From Phyllobates terribilis (Eukaryota), in NCBI RefSeq assembly GCF_046119375.1, contig NW_027362762.1, positions 439,022,001-439,086,000 on the forward strand: a stretch of 64,000 nt of DNA. The letters run 5' to 3'. Every line of letters begins with the position of its first letter. The first letter of the stretch is position 1. Shown here in pieces: positions 27,308 to 38,600 of this stretch. The position numbers and the translations under genes were made by a program. The notes under the pieces were generated by a model that ran no database searches, was not told where the DNA came from, and worked only from the letters and a program-made list of their open reading frames with translations.

Positions 27308-27729
27308 TGTTACAACTCTCCTGTTAGGTTTTTTTTAGCTTGCTGGTCACATGACCAGTTTTGCCTATTTAATCCGGCTCCGCCCTCCTGGCATTGCTGG
27401 ACTTCATTGTATTTACTACTGTTGAGCTAGCTTGGTGCTCTGTTGCCGTTCTCTGTTAGTTTTGCTAGGTCTTCTGACCTTTATGCTTTTTGTTGTGTGT
27501 TTGTCTTTGACTGCTACTATTTCTGCTAGGGGGTGTCCAACTTATCCCAGTCCCTAGATCTTGTAGGGATCCCTCCCTCACATCTATAGGTCTTCGTACA
27601 GACTAGCCTAGGACTTTAGCGGGTCTGATCGCAGGATCAGGTTCCCCGTTACATCGTAGGGATCTAGTTTAGTTCTATTGTAGGGACAGATCTCCTGTCT
27701 TTCCTTAGTCTCTGTAGCAGATCATAACA
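27308..27729 (+). repeat. 3' LTR of Gypsy-1
   Basis: Direct repeat of 22739-23160 immediately after the PPT. Confidence 0.97.
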
Positions 27730-29994
27730 CCCTCGTCTCAGTCTTCACTTGTTATGGCAGTTTCTCAAGAAACAGCATCAACGTCCACGTCCACGTCCCA
27801 CCGCAGCGTTCAATTGTCCATATCCCAGACCTTTGAACGAAAGCGGAAATTCGCAGCTAACGCCCCACAGGCCACAGTCCTAAATTCGCACATTTCACGA
27901 CTGCTTGCATTGGAAATGCTGCCTTTTAGGCTGGTGGAGACGGAATCCTTCCGCAACCTTATGGCGGTGGCCGTCCCTCGGTACTCGGTCCCCAGCCGAC
28001 ACTATTTTGCCCGGTGTGCCATCCCCGCACTACACAAGCACGTGTCCCAAAGCATCTGCCGTGCCCTCAACAACGCAGTTACTGGGAGAGTCCACCTGAC
28101 AACGGACACGTGGACAAGTGCTTGTGGCCAGGGACGGTACATCTCTCTGACGGCACACTGGGTAAACATAGTGGAAGCCGGGACCCAGTCGGACCTTGGG
28201 ACGGAACACATCCTCCCCACACCAAGGATTGCGGGCCCTATGTCAGTCAGAGTTGCCCCCACAGTGTACAGCTCCTGCGCATCCTCCTCCTCCTCCTCAT
28301 GTTCAGCCTCCATCTCAGATATCACCACATCAGTTACAAGCTGGAAGCATTGCAGTACTGCCTCTGCCAAGCGGCAACAGGCTGTGCTGAAACTCATAAG
28401 CTTAGGTGATAAACCTCTCACTGCTTGTGAGTTGTGGACAGCTGTGAAAGAGCAGGCAGATCTGTGGCTGAGACTGCTGAACCTACATCCCGGCATGGTC
28501 GTGTGTGACAATGGCCGTAACCTGGTGGCGGCTCTGAGGCGAGGTGAGATCACACACGTACCATGCCTGGCTCATGTGCTTAACTTCGTGGTTCAGCGGT
28601 TTCTTAAATCGTAACCCGAGTTGCCAGATCTGCTCGTGAAAGTACGCCGCCTGTCAGCTCATTTTCACAAGTCGGCTACAGCTTCCGCCGCCCTTGCTGT
28701 GTTGCAGCAGCATTTGCAGCTTCCGGCACACCGACTGGTTTGTGATGTCCCCACACGTTGGAACTCTACCCTCCACATGTTGCAAAGGATTTGTGAGCAG
28801 AAGAGAGCAGTTGTGGAATACCAGCTGCAACAAGGCCGTCGATATTCAGGTCAGACTCCACACATAAGACCTCAGGAGTGGACCTGGATGTCTGACATAT
28901 GTACCATCCTGACAAATTTTGAGGAGCCCACCAAGATGGTGAGTGGCGATGACGCCAACATTAGTGTCAGCATCCCACTTGTCTGTCTTTTGCAACGCTC
29001 TCTGCAGAGAATTAAAGAGGAGGCATTGCAGCCAGAGTATGATGAGATGGATCAAGAAGCCGTAGCGGGCGATTACACACAGCCCAGCCTCATCTCATCC
29101 CAACGTGCATTGGGGGACAATGAGGGAGAGGAGGAGGAGGAGGAAGAACAGGAGCTGCTATCATGCGTTGTAGACGGTAGTACCTGTACAAGTGTCATAC
29201 CGTCGGTTCAGCGTGGGTGGCCTGAGGACAGGGGGGAGGAGGAAGAGGAGGAGGAGGAGAGCATGGTCAGTCATCATCTTGGTGAGGACACGGAAATCTT
29301 GCCCGTTACGAGTCTGGCACGCATGGCTGACTTTATGTTACGCTGCCTTAACCGTGACCCTCGCGTTGTCAAAATGTTGGGTGACAGTCATTACTGGTTG
29401 GTGACACTTGTAGACCCCCACTACAAGGAGAACTTTCACTCTCTTATTCCTGAGGTGGAGAGGTCTACAAAAATGGGGCAATACCAGAAGGCCCTTGCTG
29501 CAGAACTCTTAAAAAAATTCCCATCTGAACACGCTAGCGGCAGAGGTCACAGTTCATTGCCCAACCAAGGCGTACAGGCGAGAGAGATGCAACTCCAATC
29601 CAGCAGAGGCAGGGGAACACTGTCAACGTTCTGGGACAGTTTTCTGACACCCGCCCAGCTTACAGGCCCTGAGGCGCGGGGTACTCTCACAAGGAGTGGA
29701 AAGTTTCAAAAGATGGTGAGGGAGTACCTTGCCGATCGTACCAGCATCCTCCGTGATTCCTCTGTGCCTTTTAATTATTGGGTATCCAAGCTGGACACTT
29801 GGAATGAACTCGCTCTGTACGCCTTGGAGGTCCTGGCCTGCCCTGCCGCTAGCGTGTTATCGGAGCGTGTTTTTGGTGCCGCTGGGGGAATTATAACTGA
29901 TAAGCACACTCGCCTGTCAACTGACAATGCTGACAAGCTGACCCTTATCAAAATGAACAAGGATTGGGCCAGACTTCTCATCACCACCAAATGA
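27730..29994 (+). pseudogene. hAT transposase catalytic core and C-terminal dimerisation domain; one in-frame stop at 28612-28614
   Basis: Motifs HLTTDTWTS (D), MVVCDNGRNL (D), CLAHVLN (CxxH), DVPTRWNST, and ACPAASVLSERVF (E, hATC). KS*PELPDLL is in frame, consistent with TAC>TAA. Confidence 0.93.
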
Positions 29995-30156
29995 CAGCAG
30001 AGTAACATAAAGTCAAATCCACTGTGTTATTTCGGGAGGTGTATTCACATGCACCGCTTCACACCCACACATGGGTATACTCTTCCTCGTTTCGGCTGTT
30101 TAATCTTCTTCTCCTTATCCTCAGCCTCCACCACCACTATACCACCAGGGTGCCAG

Positions 30157-30540
30157 CATTGCAATTGCTCCGTCCTAATTTTTGGCAGCTTTTGCTGGGA
30201 AAGCATAAGCAAATACTATGGGAGACCCACTCCCCAATAATGGGACTTATGTTTGTAATATGCTGTACTGCATGGCTCTTGTAAGGGGCATTGCAAGTTG
30301 CTCCGTCCTAATTTTTGGCAGCTTTTGCTGGGAAAGCATAAGCAAATACTATGGGAGACCCACTCCCCAATAATGGGACTTATGTTTGTAATATGCTGTA
30401 CTGCATGGCTCTTGTAAGGGGCATTGCAAGTTGCTCCGTCCTAATTTTTGGCAGCTTTTGCTTGCAAGGCATAAGCAAATACTATGGGACACCCACTCCC
30501 CAATAATGGGACTTATGTTTGTAATATGCTGTACTGCATG
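30157..30540. repeat. Three tandem 133-bp units in the hAT 3' region; the third is interrupted by a solo LTR and resumes at 31566
   Basis: GCTCCGTCCTAATTTTTGGCAGC at 30167, 30300 and 30433. Confidence 0.9.
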
Positions 30541-31565
30541 TGACGCGCCCCCTGGGCCGTGTGTACACGTGTGTGGGATACCTGGTGCCGGGTCTCTGGG
30601 GTCTGTAGTCTCCGTGGCGGTAACCCGGTCCCGTGGCTCAGGCAGGTCAAACCAGTGGCAATCTTTCTTAGGTTTTGAGGTTAATTGTCCGACTGCGCCA
30701 CCCGTGGATTGCGGTCAGGGAGTACCACCGCTGCGAGGCAGAGCGCTGAGGCTGGTGTTGTGTGCGCAACATAAAATGGGATAACTCCCCTCGGGAGGAG
30801 TATAGCCTCAGGGCAGTGAGTGTGGATGATGGGGGTGATGATACACGAGCGCCGCAGGAATGACTCAGAGTCTTTGCAGTGCAGTTCAGGGTCTTTACTG
30901 ATGATTATAAGGTAGACCCTCCCGGGAGTACTGGCTAGCATAAGAGGCCTGGTCAGTCTGTGAGCAAGCAGGAGTTCCCCTGGCCAGGTGGAGTTGTAGG
31001 CCTCCCCGTCTGTCTGCACTCTTCCTGGCTACCTTGCTGTAAGCGGGTAGAAGTAGCCCACGTCCCTGAGTGTACCGTGTAGTGCTCACCCGTATGGCTG
31101 GTGACTTGGGGCCTTCTGTTAGCCTCCGCTCCACGACGGCGGTGCTGGTCCCTTGCTTATGACTGAGCCTCCGGGCTTCTATGGCCAGAGGACCTGAAAT
31201 CCCCTGCTGGCTGGTTTCTTCTGCTGGATATATAAGTCCTCACAGCTTCGGACTCCTGTGTCCGGTTCATATTGTCTTCTGCCAGGGCGAGCTCTGCTCA
31301 GCTTCCAGCACCTCGTCTTTAGCTCCTAGCTCCTACAGTGCTCCTTGCTGTTACTTTCCCTTGCTCTCACTCTGACTCTGACTGTTCTCTGTTCTCTGAC
31401 TCACTCAACCCCACCCCAGATCCAGTTTATAAGGGCAGAATTCTCCCCTCCCAGGACTGGGGCAGGAGGATGTTGCATGTTTAAGGGATCCTGACCAGGA
31501 AACCTCCCACTTGCTCTCCGACGTAATCTCTATTACTGTGGTGACCAGACCCCTGGGGTGCCACA
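30541..31565 (-). mobile_element. Solo LTR (~1.0 kb)
   Basis: Inverted termini (TG)TGACGCGCCCCCTGGG ... CCCTGGGGTGCCACA, with CATG on both flanks (30537-30540 and 31566-31569). A minus-strand TATA (CCCTTATAAACTGG) and AGTAAA signal suggest orientation. No coding sequence. Confidence 0.75.
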
Positions 31566-31699
31566 CATGGCTCTTGTAAGGGGCATTGCAGTACCTCATA
31601 ATTTTTGGAAAGCCTTCCATTCACTGCTTAGGCCAACAGTGCACAGGAGACCCAGTTGCTATAAATGGAAAAAAAGGTTTAGTTAACGCCCTCTGGCCT

Positions 31700-33440
31700 C
31701 CATGTCATTTCCAAGGGGCATTGGAGTGCCTCGAAATTTTTGGTAGGCATTGCACTCACTGTATGCCATATAACTGTGTAGCCGAACCGCTCCTTTTGTT
31801 ACAGAAACATATCCTACAAGACATATCTGGTTGACTGGCCTGATATTGATGTGAATGGTCCCTGTTCCTCCTGCTCTTTCTCCTTTGCCACTACCTCATC
31901 CATCATTTATCACCTGAAGCTTTGTTTTAACGGGAGTCATAGAACTTGGATAGTAGCAGGAAAACATCCAGCAATCCTCGGAGGAGGTAGGATATGCGCC
32001 AAAACGCTGACCTCCTCAGGCCTAGCCGCTACTACATACATGCGCTTGCATTACAACAAAACAAAGCAGATGCTAACTTCTATCATCCTCATCATGCTTC
32101 TCACCTTGGCACTCTCAACTCCCCTGATGGAGAAGCCAGGGCCCACCGGAGGAGTCTGATAGTCCGGTGGGCTCGGCCAATGCTGCCCTAAAGCAGGCCA
32201 GGCTAAGAAAAGTGTGGGAAAGGTTACCGGTACAAATAGGGGTGGCTGGGGACCGAGTATGGACACCCAGCCACCCCCTGGAGGCTGGGGAGCAAGCGGG
32301 GACACCCGGGGACTGAGTATGGATACCAGGCCGCCGACACAGCCATGGCGTGGTGGCCAGATTCCGCCTCCACATGCCTAAAAGGCCCAATTTAAAGTGC
32401 AAGCAAGCAGTATGGTATTGCAGCCTGGGAGTGGGTGGGTGGCAGGCTGCATACTTGCGCTTGCATTGCAAGGAATGGGAGAGGTACAATTGAACACTGC
32501 CCTGGGACAAGGACTTGAATGGGGATAGTTGCAAGTCTGCAACGACAGGTGCAAGGTGGGAGGCATCTTCGCATGTATCATGAACAGGGGTTTGGCATGC
32601 ACACACTACAGCGGAATAGGCTCTCCTTCCCACTAAATGCACTGGGGAGGGCACAGGTAATGTTTTGGTATATGCGCTTAATGTTATGTATAAGGCACAC
32701 CAGGACAAATAGGGGCGGCTGGGGACTGAGTATGAATACCTCGCTGCCGAAGCAGCCATGAGGTAGTGACCAGCTTCGGCCTCCTCTAAACTAAAAGGCC
32801 CCATTTCAAGTGCAAGCTAGCAGTATGGAATTGCAGTCTGGGGGTGGGTGGGTGGCAGGCTGCACACTTACACTTGCATTAAAAGAAAACATAGCAGATG
32901 CTAACTTCTGTCATCATCATCATGCTCCTCACCTTGGCACTCTCAACTCCACCGATGGAGAAGTCAGGGCCCACCGGAGGAGTCTGGTTCTCTGGTGGGC
33001 TCGTCCAATGCTGCCTAAAGCAGGCCGGGCTAAGAAAAGTGTTTGGGGGGATGTTCCAAGGAGAAATGGGGGCGGCTGGGGACCGTTTATGGACACCCGA
33101 CTGCCCCCAGGCGGCTGGGGACCGTGTGGACACTCGGCCGCGGGGCGGCTGGGGACTGAGTATGGACACCCGGCCGCCGGGCGGCTGGGGACTGAGTATG
33201 GATTCCAGGCCGCCAACACAGCCATGACGTGGTGGCCAGATTCCCCCTCCACATGCCTAAAAGGCCCAATTTCAAGTTCAAGCAAGCAAGCAGTACGGTA
33301 TTGCAGCCTGGGGGTGGGTGGGTGGCAGGCTGCATACTTGCGCTTGTATTGCAAGGAATGGGGGAGGTACAATTGAACACTGCCCTGGGACTAGAACTAG
33401 CATGGGGATAGTTGCAAGTCTGCATCTTCTGATGCGGCAA
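31700..33440 (-). pseudogene. Antisense, degenerate, partly tandem-repeated fragments of hAT transposase coding sequence
   Basis: Minus-strand translations SVQLYLSHSLQCKRKYAA, GPFRHVEGESGHHVMAV..YSVPSR, AVVCACQTPVHDTCEDAS and HILPPPRIAG match the sense transposase SVQLSISQTFERKRKFAA, LPFRLVETESFRNLMAV..YSVPSR, PVVCARQSPVHTACKDAPS and HILPTPRIAG. Confidence 0.85.
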
Positions 33441-33959
33441 GGATCACTTATGATGGGCACACTTTTAGACAGTGACCTGGGAGTCAGAGATGCTTCCAGG
33501 GGTCTTCCCCATGCTGTTCCCATGTCTTTTCAGCACTTTATGCATGTGTCACACAGCACATGGCCAGATAAGGTTGTAAAATGTTAAAATGACATTTCCC
33601 GGTGAATGCATTTGTCATAGTTGAAAGCAATACAAAAATGCAAAAACACATAAAAAATGCTACTTGTGAACATAGCCGAAGGTGTGGAGGAGTATTTTTG
33701 TTTTTGGTCATTTATTTTAACTTATACACAAGTCTTTTCCCTGGAAAGGATGCTCCTTAACATATTTCACAGGAAAAAAGTTTCACTTTCGTTTTATTGT
33801 GAGCCTGTAAAAGTGGCTTAATACCTCTGACCACATTGTTGACAGCAGTGACCTGGGGGTCAGAAATGCTTCCTGGGGTGATCCCCATGCTGTCCCCATG
33901 TCATTTGAGCACTGTCACTATCGTTTTGGGCACTTGTTAGGCTTTCAAAAGACTGCCGG

Positions 33960-34094
33960 GGGTGCCACGGCAAAAATGCTCGAGTCTCCCATAGACTAAC
34001 ATTGGGCTCGTTGCTCGGGTCGAGCACCCGAGTATCACGGCGAGCTCGGCCCGAGCTTCGAGCACCCGAGCATTTTAGTGCTCACTCAACACTA
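33960..34094 (+). repeat. hAT right subterminal repeats and TIR
   Basis: Dense GCTCG/CGAGC/CCCGAG motifs ending in CTCAACACTA. Confidence 0.8.
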
Positions 34095-35624
34095 AGAAGT
34101 ACCATTCGTCCCGCAAAAAAACAAGCTCTCAAATAGCTATTTGGATGGAAAAAAGGAGGAAAAAACGAAAACGAAGAAACGGAAGTGAAGGAGTTAAGAC
34201 ACACTAATGTTCACAGAGGCTTCTTGGATGTCCCTTGATGGTAGGATTCAACATGCATCATTTGTTATACATGCATGTAGACTGAGACCTGTCAATCCAG
34301 GGTACCGAGTGTGGAAAAGCTACCAGGGATCTACCTGTCTGACTAGTCTCCAGTGCGGGGACTTTTAAAGTATGTTTTTCTTTGAAAAGTCGCAGTATTT
34401 CAGAGTCAAATATAAATGGCTGAGTACATACAGCCAGTGGCTGATACCGCGCCTTATGTGAGTATAATAAAAGCTATTTTTTGTATCAGCTGTTAGGTTC
34501 ACTTTAAGTGCTTCTCATATTTTTCATTTGCTGAGCAATATGATGTATGGCCATCTACTTGATCTTTACACAGTAATAACCGCATGGGTATCAAAGATTT
34601 TGACTTTTCCTATTTGATGTTGATACTTATTTTAATCCTGTACATTATTAACTAGAACCTGTCACCAGGTTTTTCCCATATAATGTAGGGACCACACCTG
34701 TAAGCCCTCACATACACCATACTAGAATGCTATTTATATGTCCCTAATGCGTTCTGCATAATATAAAAAATAGCTTTTATTATACTCCCCTACGGCACGG
34801 TATAGTCCTATGGACGTCGCACGTCTTGATCAGGCACCACCTTCGTGCTTTGCGTGGATGAAACATCATCCACACAGTTCTGTCTACCCTGCCAATGGCA
34901 GAGCAAAGTACTGTTATGCACATGCACGGTGAAAGGCCAAAGAGGAGGAGCGTGATGGAGGACACTGTGTGGATAACATAAGATGCTTCATTCACATGAA
35001 GCAAGAAGTAGGATGGAGATTGTAAGAAGAGAGGAGGCGCCGGATTAAAACTAGCGATGCCCATCATACAGGAGTGCGCCGTAGGTGAGTATATTAAAAG
35101 CTATTTTTTTTGCCTTGCAGAGTGCATTGGGCAAATACAGTCATGGCCGAAAGTGTTGGCACTCTTGAAATTGTTCCAGAAAAATAAGTATTTCTCCCAG
35201 AAAATTATTGCAATTGCACATGTTTATTTCCTTTGTGTGTATTGGAACAACACAAAAAAAAACAGAAAACAAAAAGGCAAATTGGACATAATTTCACACA
35301 AAACCCCCAAAGTTGGCTGGAGAAAATTGTTGCCACTTTTCAAAAATTTTGGGTAAACAACTTTGTTTCAAGCATGTGATGCTCATTCAAATGCACCTGT
35401 GGTAAGTAACAGGTGTGGTCAATATGAAAATCACACCTGAAACCAGATAAAAAGGGGAAACGTTGACTCAATCTTTGCATTGTGTGTCTGTGTGTGCCAC
35501 ACTAAGCATGGAGAACAGAAAGAGGAGAGGAGAAGAGAACTGTCTGTGGACTTGAGAACCAATATTGTTGAAAATATCAACAATCTCAAGGTTACAAGTC
35601 CATCTCCAGAGATCTTGATGTTCC

Positions 35625-38600
35625 TGTCATGGGTGTGGACCAATATAGGGACGTTAGGGTAGGCAGGGTGTTATTAGATCTACCTAGGGGTCTCCACTCC
35701 CCCTTTCCTTAGTGTCTGGGCTTCCTTCCCTTCATCCCTTCGTGTTGCACTTAGTCTTTCCCACACTGTGCTTGACATTATCACCGGCCGTGCATATAAA
35801 AAAAAAAAAAAAATGAAACGTGGTTTTTTTTGTGTGTGTGTGTGTTTTTTTCGGGTGTGGTTGTTTTTTCTTGTTTCATGGATCCCATTGTTGAGCTGTC
35901 AGAGCTGCTGCACAGGCTGTCTCTGGAGGTGACTGACCTCCGCTATGAGGTTCAGCAGCAGCAACAGCGGCTTCAGATCCCTAATGTTGGGGTCTCTGCA
36001 GGTAGCCCGATCCAGCTTGAACCCAAGGTTGACCTCCTGGACAGGTTTTCAGGAGGTAGGGACAAGTTTTTTGTGTTCAAAGAAGCTTGCAAACTGTATA
36101 TTAAATTTCGTCCTTACTCCTTTGGAGGTGAGGAGCAACAAGTGGGAATTGTGATCTCACTGCTGCAAGGAGATCCTCAATCCTGGGCTTTCTCTTTGCC
36201 GCAGGGTTCGGTTTGTCTCCAGTCTGTGGAGGGTTTTTTCAGGGCTCTGGCCCTCATTTATGATGACCCTGACTGAATCTTCTTGGCTGAGTCCAGGTTG
36301 CGTCACCTTCATCAGGGGAATCAGTCAGTGGAGTCATACAGCTCCGAATTCCACAGATGGGCAACTGATACAAAATTGAAAGACCCAGCTCTTAGAAGCA
36401 AATTTTGTCAGCACCTTACATGAAAAGTTGAAAGATGATTTGGCAGTGTATGAAACCCCAGAGTCCTTGGAGGCTGCCATGTCGTTGGCTATATGTGTTG
36501 ATAGACATCTTCAGGATAGGTGGGTGAGACAACCTTCTCCCAAGCCTTCTTTTCAGGGGGCGGTCTGGCGGTGAACCAGTACGGGGGGGGGGAGAACCCA
36601 TGAAGTTAGGGGGTGCCTCTGCATTGTACATTTCCCCGAAGATCTGTAAAAAGAAGGGCGTGTGGTTTTTTTGTGGAAAAATGGACATTTTATTGGGGCC
36701 TGTCCTTCGATTTCTAAGCAAAAGGAAACTCTATTAACCTTTGGTAGTCTGGAGTTGGATAAGCAAGGGGTACATTTATCTTCAACCTGCAGTTCCCGGT
36801 TTGTCCTGACAGCAGAGGTGGTGCTAGAGAGCAAAACCGAGAAAATTTCTGTTTGTTGACAGTGGAGCAGTCAGCATTGTTGGGCTCATGTTCTTGCTTG
36901 CTGTACTTCAGCTAAGCCCATTCTAATCTTCACCATTGACTCACTTGCACAGAGAGTTCTGACTCAGATTGTACATGGTGTAAAACTGAAGGTGGGGTCG
37001 GTCCATTGTGAGATAATTTCTTGCTATGTCCTGGAGGATCTTCCCATCCCAATTGTTTTGGGTCTACCCTGGTTGGTGAAACATAATCCGTTGGTGGATT
37101 GGCAATCCAGAGAGATCATTGCATGGGGAGATTACTGGCATGACAGCTGTTTAAATATTTCCTTTTCTACAGTCTCTACAGAGACCTTACCTGCATTTTT
37201 GTCTGGTTTTGAGGACGTTTTTTCTGAGCGGGGGTGTCAGGATTTGCCTCCTCATTGTGCATATGACTGCCCTATTAACTTGACCCCCGGGGCTAAACGA
37301 CCAAAGTCCAGACTATATAATCTTTCTGGCCGTTTCATTGTGGAAAGTCTGGAGAAGGGACATATCAGACCCTCATCTTCATCTGTGGCGGCAGAGTTCT
37401 TCTTCATGAAGAAAAAAAATGACAGTCTACGTCCCTTTTTTAGATTTCCGGGAATTAATTCAAATTACCATCCGGGATCCATATCCTCTTCATCTGATTC
37501 CAGATTTTTTCAGCCAGGTTGTGGGAGCTAAGGTGTTCTCCACGTTGGATTTAAGGGGAGCCTACAATCTGGTTAGAATCAGAGAGGAGGATGAATGGAA
37601 AACAGCATTCAATACCCCTGAAGGGCATTTCAAGAGTCTGGTTATGCCTTTCTGTCTGACCAATGCACCTGCGGTGTTCCAGCATTTCATTAATGATAGT
37701 TTCCATCATTTGGTGGGCAGGTTTGTGGTGGTCTATCTGGATGATATTTTGGTTTACTCACCTGATTTTGAGACACATCGGGGGCATGTTAGACAGATGC
37801 TTCAGATATTAAGGGATAACAACATATATGCCAAACTAAAAAGTGTGTTTTCGCCATCCAGGAGGTGCAGTTTTTGGGGTACCTGTTGTCATCTTTGGGT
37901 TTTCGGATGGATCCGGAGAAGATCCATGCCATCCTTGATTGGGACCATCCCGAGAACTTGACAGCTCTACAACGTTTTCTGGGCTTTACTTATTTTTACC
38001 AGAAATTCATCCAAAATTATTCAGTAATTGTGAAACCCCTCACTGACATGAAAAGGAAGGGGTCTGATTTTTCCAAATGGTCGGATGCCGCCCTGCAAGC
38101 TTTTTCCTCTCTAAAGAGCTGCTTTGCCACAGCACCTATACTCAGTCAACCCGATGTTTCCCAATCCTTTATTGTGGAAGTTGATACGTCGGAGGTGGAG
38201 GTTGGTGCTGTGTTGTCTCAGGGTCCGTCTCCTGGTAAATGGCATCCATGCGCTTTCTTTTCTAAGAAATTATCTTCGGCTGAGTGAAATTATGATGTGG
38301 GTAACAGAGAGCTTTTGGTAATTTTGGCAATTTTTGGCACTTAAATTGGCGTTCAAAGAATGGCGACATTGGTTGGAGCGTGTTGGAGGGGTCATATCTT
38401 CAATCGGCTAAATGTCTCAACCCTAGGCAAGCTAGATGGTCCCTGTTTTTCACTTGGTTCAATTTTGTTGTCACTTTCCGTCCAGGGGTCAAAAATGTCA
38501 AAGCTGATGCTTTTCCTGGAGCTTCCCTGGTGGTGGTGACCATGAGAACCATGCCCCGATTTTACAGAAAGGGGTAATAATTTCAGCTTTGTACCCTGAA

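Larger units (their letters stand above)
22739..27729 (+). mobile_element. Full-length Gypsy/Ty3 chromovirus LTR retrotransposon (Tf1/sushi-like), Gypsy-1
   Basis: 422-bp TG...CA LTRs at 22739-23160 and 27308-27729 with about 3 mismatches. 5-bp TSD CCCTC at 22734-22738 and 27730-27734. PPT AGAAGAGGGGG at 27294-27304. Confidence 0.98.
1..34094 (+). mobile_element. Giant hAT (ZBED/Ac-like) DNA transposon; right end at 34094, left end outside the window
   Basis: Transposase at 21659-29994. The right terminus ...GTGCTCACTCAACACTA reads TAGTGTTGAG on the minus strand, matching the hAT (T/C)A(A/G)NG TIR start, and has a CGAGC/GCTCG-rich subterminal region. No matching left TIR was seen between 1 and 21659. 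Including the satellite in the element is an inference. Confidence 0.7.

Noticed and set aside
21920-29775. Antisense and alternative-frame ORFs overlapping the hAT and Gypsy-1 coding regions (e.g. 22044..22592, 25911..26900, 28002..28553)
   Set aside because: Shadow ORFs of GC-richer coding sequence with no recognisable motifs.
30157-31760. 133-bp units as antisense relics of the hATC EVLACP segment
   Set aside because: Only a short resemblance (GAGGTACTGCAATGCCCC versus GAGGTCCTGGCCTGCCCT); too weak without an alignment.
35655-35790. Self-priming of Gypsy-2 through GGTGTTAT in its own LTR
   Set aside because: Only about 5 of 9 positions pair with the PBS-position sequence, which is not convincing.
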